DNA from: Candidatus Nealsonbacteria bacterium
GTDB taxonomy: Bacteria; Patescibacteriota; Minisyncoccia; Minisyncoccales; RBG-13-42-11
Assembly: GCA_026396115.1 (NCBI GenBank)
Contig: JAPLXL010000002.1
Span: forward strand, 69,142-133,141
Reading direction: 5' to 3'
DNA: 64,000 nt
Below are positions 58,384 through 64,000 of this stretch, piece by piece. How positions within the stretch are numbered: the first letter of the stretch is position 1; each line of letters starts with the position of its first letter. The position numbers and the translations under genes are program-made. The notes beneath the pieces were generated by a model. It was not told the origin of the DNA. It ran no database searches and saw only the letters and a list, made by a program, of their open reading frames with translations.

Positions 58384-59512
58384 TGCAAGATTATTAGAGA
58401 GAGAAATGACGGGTATCGGTCGAGTCGTTGCGGGTATTTTAAACTGCATTCGTTCATTAGATAAAGATAACGAATATTTTTTATTTTCTTTTGGTAACCT
58501 AGAAAATTATAGAAAGAAAGGCTTCACGATTATACCAACGGGCCGAAATAAAGTAATCCCTTCTGAAGTTTATTCTCCAATTTGGCTGAATTTTATCTTG
58601 CCTCGTTATATTAAAAAAAATAATATAGATTTGTTCTTTTTTCCAAGCTCCCTAATTCCGACGGTTAATCTTAGATGCAAGAAAGTAATTCTTCTTTGCG
58701 ATGTTTTTCATAAAGTAAATAAAAATTATCACCCCTTTTTCTATAGGAAATATCTGGATTTGTTTCTGAATTTTTCAATTAAAAAAAGTAATTTAGTTTT
58801 AACAATTTCTGAAAATTCAAAGGAAGATATTATAAATTTTTACAAAGTTCCCGGAGGGAAAATAAAAATGGTATATTTAGCCGCAGGAGAAGAATTTAGG
58901 CCTCGTTTATTAACACCGGAAGAGAAAGAATATCTGATAAAAAAATATAATCTACCTCCTAATTTTATTCTTTATATCGGTATTATAGATTTCAGAAAAA
59001 ATATTAATGCTATAATAGAAACAGCCGATATCTTGGTAAATAGAGAGAAGAAAGATGTCTATTTTGTTTTAATTGGCAGACCGGCTTTGGATTATAAAAA
59101 TATAATTAAAAAAAGCCAAAAAATTAGAGAAGGACATATTATCTTTTTGGATGCAGAGAGTAAAGATATTCCTTTTATCTATAATCTCGCAAATGTGTTT
59201 TTCTTTCCCTCTTTTTATGAAGGATTTGGCTTGAGTCCGTTAGAAGCAATGCAGTCGGGTACGCCGGTTGTTGCTTCTAATGCTTCTTCTTTACCCGAGG
59301 TTATCGGAGAAGAAGGAGGAGGAGGAGGATTGATGAGAGAGCCAAATGATTATCAGGGATTTGCCAATGATATTCTGAAGTTGTCAGAAGATAAAAATTT
59401 TTATCAGGAAATAAGAGAAAAGGGGGTTGAGCAAGCAAAAAATTTTAGCTGGAGAAAAACTACCGAGGAAATTATAGAAGTTTTTAATCAAATTTATGAA
59501 ACCGAAAAATAA
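58367..59512 (+). CDS. Glycosyltransferase family 4 (mannosyltransferase-like)
   Basis: [26 protein letters not shown]. Confidence 0.9.
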   Translation: MRIGIDARLLEREMTGIGRVVAGILNCIRSLDKDNEYFLFSFGNLENYRKKGFTIIPTGRNKVIPSEVYSPIWLNFILPRYIKKNNIDLFFFPSSLIPTVNLRCKKVILLCDVFHKVNKNYHPFFYRKYLDLFLNFSIKKSNLVLTISENSKEDIINFYKVPGGKIKMVYLAAGEEFRPRLLTPEEKEYLIKKYNLPPNFILYIGIIDFRKNINAIIETADILVNREKKDVYFVLIGRPALDYKNIIKKSQKIREGHIIFLDAESKDIPFIYNLANVFFFPSFYEGFGLSPLEAMQSGTPVVASNASSLPEVIGEEGGGGGLMREPNDYQGFANDILKLSEDKNFYQEIREKGVEQAKNFSWRKTTEEIIEVFNQIYETEK

Positions 59513-60797
59513 AATATGCGTAATTGGTTTATGGCATCTTGGATGCGTTGTTTCGTCTTGTCTGGCTAATGCAGGATACAAAGTCTGCGGGGTAGATTTT
59601 ACTCCCGAAATTATCAATAATCTGAAAAAAGGGAAACCGCCGTTATATGAACTGGGTTTGGAAGAGTTATTGGTTAAAAATTTAAAAAGCAAGAGAATTA
59701 GTTTCACCGATTCTTTCAAGGATGCGCTTGATAAAGCAAGTTTTATTTTTTTAGCTTTTGACACGCCTGTTGATGAAAAAGACAGGTCAGATTTATCGAT
59801 TATCTATAACGCTTGTAAAAAAATAGCTGAGTTTGCGCCAGAGAAATTTACATTGGTGATTATGAGCCAGATACCGGTCGGTACATCAAAAATTCTCAAA
59901 GAGTTTATCTTAAAGAAAAATAAAGCTCTCTTATTTGAAGTAGTTTATAACCCAGAAAATTTGAGACTTGGGCAAGCGTTAGAGGGATTTATGAAACCAG
60001 ATAGGTTAATTATCGGTTTAGAGAATGGAATTATAAAGAAAAAAATAGAAAAACTATATTCTTTTATTAAAGCCCCTAAGATATATATGGATTTAAGCAG
60101 CGCTGAAATGACAAAGCATGCAATCAATTCTTATTTGGCAGGCTCTATTAGTTTTATAAATGAGATAGCGGGTTTATGTGAAGTAACAGGTGCTGATGCC
60201 AGGAAAGTTGCAGAGGGGATGAAAAGCGACAAGCGGATTGGCCAATATGCATTTTTGAATCCGGGTTTGGGATTTTCTGGCGGTACGCTTGCCAGAGACC
60301 TTCAAGTTTTAAGGAAAATTGGGAAACGTAAAAAAATAAAAACACGAATGCTAAATGCTATTATAGAAGTGAATCAGGAGCAAAACAAAAAAATTATAAA
60401 AAAAATAAAAAGTATATTTGGTTCAATTTCCAAATTGAACGTTACAATATTAGGCCTCACTTATAAGCCGGGAACTAGTACTTTACGGCGTTCGGCAGCT
60501 TTAAAAATAGCTCAAAAATTAATTTTTTATAAGGCTAACGTTAAGGCATTTGATCCTATGGTTAATACCCAAAAGATAATAACAGGATTGAAAGTTTTTA
60601 AGAGTCCATATGATGCTGTAAGAAACTCCGACCTTATTCTTTTAATTACCGAGTGGCCGGAATTTAAAAATTTAAATTTTTCTAAAATTAAAAGATTAAT
60701 GAGAAAGCCGATAATAATAGATTGTAAAAATTTTCTAGATTCAGAAGTTGTCAAAAATATAGGTTTTGATTATTATGGTGTTGGTATTAAAAATTAA
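59496..60797 (+). CDS. UDP-glucose/GDP-mannose dehydrogenase family protein
   Basis: GLWHLG, NPENLRLG, GFSGGTL, GLTYKPGT. Confidence 0.88.
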   Translation: MKPKNKICVIGLWHLGCVVSSCLANAGYKVCGVDFTPEIINNLKKGKPPLYELGLEELLVKNLKSKRISFTDSFKDALDKASFIFLAFDTPVDEKDRSDLSIIYNACKKIAEFAPEKFTLVIMSQIPVGTSKILKEFILKKNKALLFEVVYNPENLRLGQALEGFMKPDRLIIGLENGIIKKKIEKLYSFIKAPKIYMDLSSAEMTKHAINSYLAGSISFINEIAGLCEVTGADARKVAEGMKSDKRIGQYAFLNPGLGFSGGTLARDLQVLRKIGKRKKIKTRMLNAIIEVNQEQNKKIIKKIKSIFGSISKLNVTILGLTYKPGTSTLRRSAALKIAQKLIFYKANVKAFDPMVNTQKIITGLKVFKSPYDAVRNSDLILLITEWPEFKNLNFSKIKRLMRKPIIIDCKNFLDSEVVKNIGFDYYGVGIKN

Positions 60798-60808
60798 AAT
60801 ACAAAAAT

Positions 60809-61639
60809 ATGTTATTGAAAAATAAAATAGCAATAATTACCGGAGCTGCCGGAGGTATAGGGAGTGTTATCGCCCAAACATTTATCAAAGAAGGATGTAA
60901 TGTGGTTTTGGCTGACCGCATAAAACCGGATTTAGATAAAATTTCTAAAATAGTAAAGAAATATAATCCTAAACTTTTATCTGCGGTAGTAGATGTTACT
61001 AATGCAAAAGAGGTAAAGCGCGTAGTAGACCTTGCGCAAAAAAAATTTTCTAAAATAGATATTTTAGTAAATGCTGCCGGCATTCAAGGGCCGATAGGAA
61101 GTTTTATAGAAAATGATATAAAAAAATGGATGAAGACAATAGATGTGAATCTTTTTGGCACCATATTGTTTATAAAATCTGTTCTGCCGATTATGATAAA
61201 GCAGGGTTACGGAAAGATTATAAATTTTTCAGGCGGAGGAGCTTTTAATCCACGGCCAAATTTCTCGGCTTATGCTACCTCAAAAGCAGCGGTTGTCCGT
61301 CTTACCGAAACTTTAGCCGAAGAAACAAAAAGATATAATATTCAAATTAATGCAATCTCTCCGGGAGCGGTGAACACTAAGATGTTGGAGCAAGTGCTTA
61401 AGTCAGGAGCGGAGGCCGCCGGAGCTGAGTTCTATGAAAAATCGAAAAAGCAAAAAAAAGAAGGTGGAGACTCGCCCCAGTTAGCAGCCGATCTGATATT
61501 ATTTTTGTCTTCAGAAAAATCTTATAATTTAAGCGGCAAAATAATAAGCGCTAAATGGGATAATTGGAGGGACTGGAATAAGGAAGAAATTTCAAAGATT
61601 ATGTCATCCGATATCTATACTTTAAGAAGAATAATATGA
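60809..61639 (+). CDS. Short-chain dehydrogenase/reductase
   Basis: TGAAGGIG, NAAG, YATSK. Confidence 0.9.
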   Translation: MLLKNKIAIITGAAGGIGSVIAQTFIKEGCNVVLADRIKPDLDKISKIVKKYNPKLLSAVVDVTNAKEVKRVVDLAQKKFSKIDILVNAAGIQGPIGSFIENDIKKWMKTIDVNLFGTILFIKSVLPIMIKQGYGKIINFSGGGAFNPRPNFSAYATSKAAVVRLTETLAEETKRYNIQINAISPGAVNTKMLEQVLKSGAEAAGAEFYEKSKKQKKEGGDSPQLAADLILFLSSEKSYNLSGKIISAKWDNWRDWNKEEISKIMSSDIYTLRRII

Positions 61640-62640
61640 GGGTAGGAATTATTGGGCTTGGCCGTCAGGGTTGGCGCCGAGCTGAGGCAATAAAAAAAAC
61701 GAGCGATAAAATAATTATAGGAGCTACCGATAAAATAAATGAGAATTCGAAACTCTTCTCTGAAAGTTTTGGTTGTGAAATCACTGATAATTGGAAAGAT
61801 TTAGTTAAAAGGAAAGATGTTGATATTGTGGTGATTTGTACTCCACCAAACCTGCATAGTAATATGGCGGTTACTGCCCTAAGAGCTAAAAAACATGTTT
61901 TGTGCGAAAAACCCTTAGCTTTGAATGTTAAAGAGGCAAAGATAATATTAAAAGAAGTAAAAAAAAGTGGTTGTAAGCTGAAATGTGGGTTTAATCTTCG
62001 TTATCATCCGGCGATATCTTTAGCAAAGAAATGGGTAGATAGGGGATTAATTGGAGAACTAATTTTTATTCGCTGTCGTTATGGAATTGTCGGAAGAGAA
62101 GGATATGAAAAAGATTGGCGAGCCAAAAAAGAAATCAGTGGCGGAGGACAATTGATGGATCAGGGAATGCATGTTTTAGATTTGTCTCGTTGGTTTTTGG
62201 GTGAATTCAAAGAGGTTTTTGGAAGTCTCTCAACTAATTTTTGGAAAATTTCTCCTTTAGAGGATAATGTTTTTGCCATTCTTGAGACCAAAGAAAAACA
62301 GACAGCTTTTTGCCATATCAGCTGGACTCAATGGAAAAATTTATTTTCTTTTGAAGTTTATGGAAAAGACGGCTATCTTACATCTGAAGGTTTAGGCGGA
62401 AGTTATGGATTGGAGAAACTTATTTTTGGAAAGAGAGATTTTAAAAAACCTTTTGATCAGAAAATAATTAAATTTGGGAAGAAAGATTCTTCTTGGCTTG
62501 AAGAATGGAAAGAGTTTACCTTAGCGATAAAAAAAGACCGGCAGCCCCTAGGTTCTGATTATGACGGTTTTATGGCGCTTAAACTGGCTGAAGCTCTTTA
62601 TAAATCGGCCAGAACAAAGAAAATAGTAAAATTAAATTAA
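61636..62640 (+). CDS. Gfo/Idh/MocA oxidoreductase
   Basis: GIIGLG, HVLCEKP, GGGQLMDQGMH. Confidence 0.9.
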   Translation: MRVGIIGLGRQGWRRAEAIKKTSDKIIIGATDKINENSKLFSESFGCEITDNWKDLVKRKDVDIVVICTPPNLHSNMAVTALRAKKHVLCEKPLALNVKEAKIILKEVKKSGCKLKCGFNLRYHPAISLAKKWVDRGLIGELIFIRCRYGIVGREGYEKDWRAKKEISGGGQLMDQGMHVLDLSRWFLGEFKEVFGSLSTNFWKISPLEDNVFAILETKEKQTAFCHISWTQWKNLFSFEVYGKDGYLTSEGLGGSYGLEKLIFGKRDFKKPFDQKIIKFGKKDSSWLEEWKEFTLAIKKDRQPLGSDYDGFMALKLAEALYKSARTKKIVKLN

Positions 62641-63575
62641 GGTTTAAGATAATCTTTTATCCCTTGCTCAAGATTATATTTTGGCTCCCAATTTAAATAT
62701 TTTTTTGTCGTAGTAATATCGGCTTCGGTATAATATTGATAAGAATCTTTAAATGGATTTTCTTGATATTCCGGCTTTAGATTTGTTCCTAAGAACTTAT
62801 TTAGTGTATCTACGGTTTCGTTAACGCTAATAGCTTTTCCGGTACCGATATTGAATAATTCGTTAACTTTCGAATTTAAAGAAAGTAAATTAGCTCTGAC
62901 AACATCTTTAACATAAATGAAATCTCTTTTTTGTTTTCCGTCACCGAAAACGATAGGGCTTTTTCCTTTTTTCATTTGGGAATACAATTTCCAGATTAAG
63001 CTTCCTTTTTTTTCCGTGACTTTATAATATTCTTTTGGTCCGTAGACAACAAAATATCTTAGACCAACCAACTTCAGATTTTTTTTCTCAAATAAATCAA
63101 AATATTCTCTGGCAATATTATCTTGAATTAACTTTGAAAAAGCGTAAGCGTTAACTGGATATTCTCCTTCTCCTACTTTCATTGGAGGAGCGGAGTTTCC
63201 GTAGACACCGCTTGACGAAGCATAAACGAGGTGAGTGTTATGGGACAAGGCATAATTTAAGAGGTTTCTGAAACTCTCAATATTTTCATAAATTACTTTT
63301 TGCTCTTCATCTCTGGAGATAATAGTATCGGTGATTGCCGCCTGATGAAAAATAATGTCTAATTTTGGAAAAAATTTATCCAGATCTACGTTTAAAACGT
63401 TATTTGCTATAACATCTCCTTTAAATCCTGACAGGTTTTGGAAATGACCTGATGAAAAATTATCTATTACAAAAATTTCGGCTTCCGGATATTTTTCCTG
63501 AATTTCCAATACCAAATTTGCACCGATAAACCCGGCTCCTCCGGTTATTAAAATTTTCTTTTTATTTAAATCCAT
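62637..63575 (-). CDS. rfaD: ADP-L-glycero-D-manno-heptose 6-epimerase-like
   Basis: GGAGFIGANL, FHQAAITDT, YASSSGVYG, YAFSK, QKRDFIYV. Confidence 0.75.
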   Translation of the reverse strand: MDLNKKKILITGGAGFIGANLVLEIQEKYPEAEIFVIDNFSSGHFQNLSGFKGDVIANNVLNVDLDKFFPKLDIIFHQAAITDTIISRDEEQKVIYENIESFRNLLNYALSHNTHLVYASSSGVYGNSAPPMKVGEGEYPVNAYAFSKLIQDNIAREYFDLFEKKNLKLVGLRYFVVYGPKEYYKVTEKKGSLIWKLYSQMKKGKSPIVFGDGKQKRDFIYVKDVVRANLLSLNSKVNELFNIGTGKAISVNETVDTLNKFLGTNLKPEYQENPFKDSYQYYTEADITTTKKYLNWEPKYNLEQGIKDYLKP

Positions 63576-63624
63576 ACTAAGATGATTAAATAATCGATTT
63601 TATTTTAAGATATTCTAAGAATTT

Positions 63625-64000
63625 ATGCAAATTATTTTTTGGCTTTCTATAATTTTTATCCTTTATTGCTATTTCGGTTATCCCATGATTTTGGTGATTT
63701 TGGGCTTATTCTTTAAAAAGAAAACAAAAAGAGCAGAAATTAGCCCCTTGGTTTCTCTGTTGATCGTCGTCTATAATGAAGAGAAAATAATTGAGAGAAA
63801 AATCGAAAATAGTTTAGCTTTAGATTATCCGAAAAACAAATTGGAGATTGTAGTTGCTTCAGAATCTGATGATAAAACAGATGAAATTGTGAAGAGATAC
63901 AGGGAGAAAGGAGTAAAACTTTTTACTTATCCCGGGAGAGGAGGGAAGCCATATAGTATTTATCGAACTTTGCCAAAGTGTCAGGGGGAGATTATTGTCT
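63625..64000 (+). CDS. Membrane glycosyltransferase family 2 (3'-truncated by window edge)
   Basis: Manual translation MQIIFWL..YCYFGYP..VSLLIVVYNEEKIIERKIENSLALDYP. Confidence 0.85.
   Translation, partial: MQIIFWLSIIFILYCYFGYPMILVILGLFFKKKTKRAEISPLVSLLIVVYNEEKIIERKIENSLALDYPKNKLEIVVASESDDKTDEIVKRYREKGVKLFTYPGRGGKPYSIYRTLPKCQGEIIV

Noticed and set aside
59315..59329. (GGA)5 run in a glycosyltransferase
   Set aside because: In-frame triplet repeat, too short to support phase variation.
64..61083. Many short antisense or overlapping ORFs in the track (e.g. 64-414, 1284-1646, 10297-10551, 22077-22346, 58062-58457)
   Set aside because: Shadows of well-supported genes or repeats on the other strand, with no recognisable motifs.

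Overview
AT-rich bacterial chromosomal segment. Gene content and style (short ComEC without a nuclease domain, PG-binding surface proteins, ECF sigma/DUF5667-type pair, short leaders without Shine-Dalgarno sites) suggest a Patescibacteria/CPR (Parcubacteria-like) genome; this is inference. 1-14 kb: housekeeping block (YqeY, ybeY, ftsA, tail-less ftsZ, comEC, glycosyltransferases, htrA, clpB, an HtrA-like pseudoprotease). About 14.5-20.2 kb: accessory island with a Type IIG-like restriction-modification fusion, an unannotated excisionase-like HTH gene and a structured intergenic RNA candidate, bounded by gene fragments. 21-27 kb: HTH regulator, ECF sigma/anti-sigma, S-layer-like protein and metallopeptidase. 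27-31.6 kb: two tandem family-5 solute-binding proteins feeding a HAMP sensor with no output domain. 32-64 kb: very large surface-glycan cluster (heptose pathway plus transaldolase, four radical SAM enzymes, five methyltransferases, MTA phosphorylase, glycoside hydrolase-like proteins). The most striking feature not explained by gene annotation is a dispersed family of 45-56 bp two-hairpin elements (9 units at 7 loci). It shows compensatory stem changes, inserts in-frame inside genes and twice sits nested inside another copy of itself. A second palindromic family also has an in-frame copy. No tRNA, rRNA, CRISPR array, integrase, transposase or reverse transcriptase was recognised.
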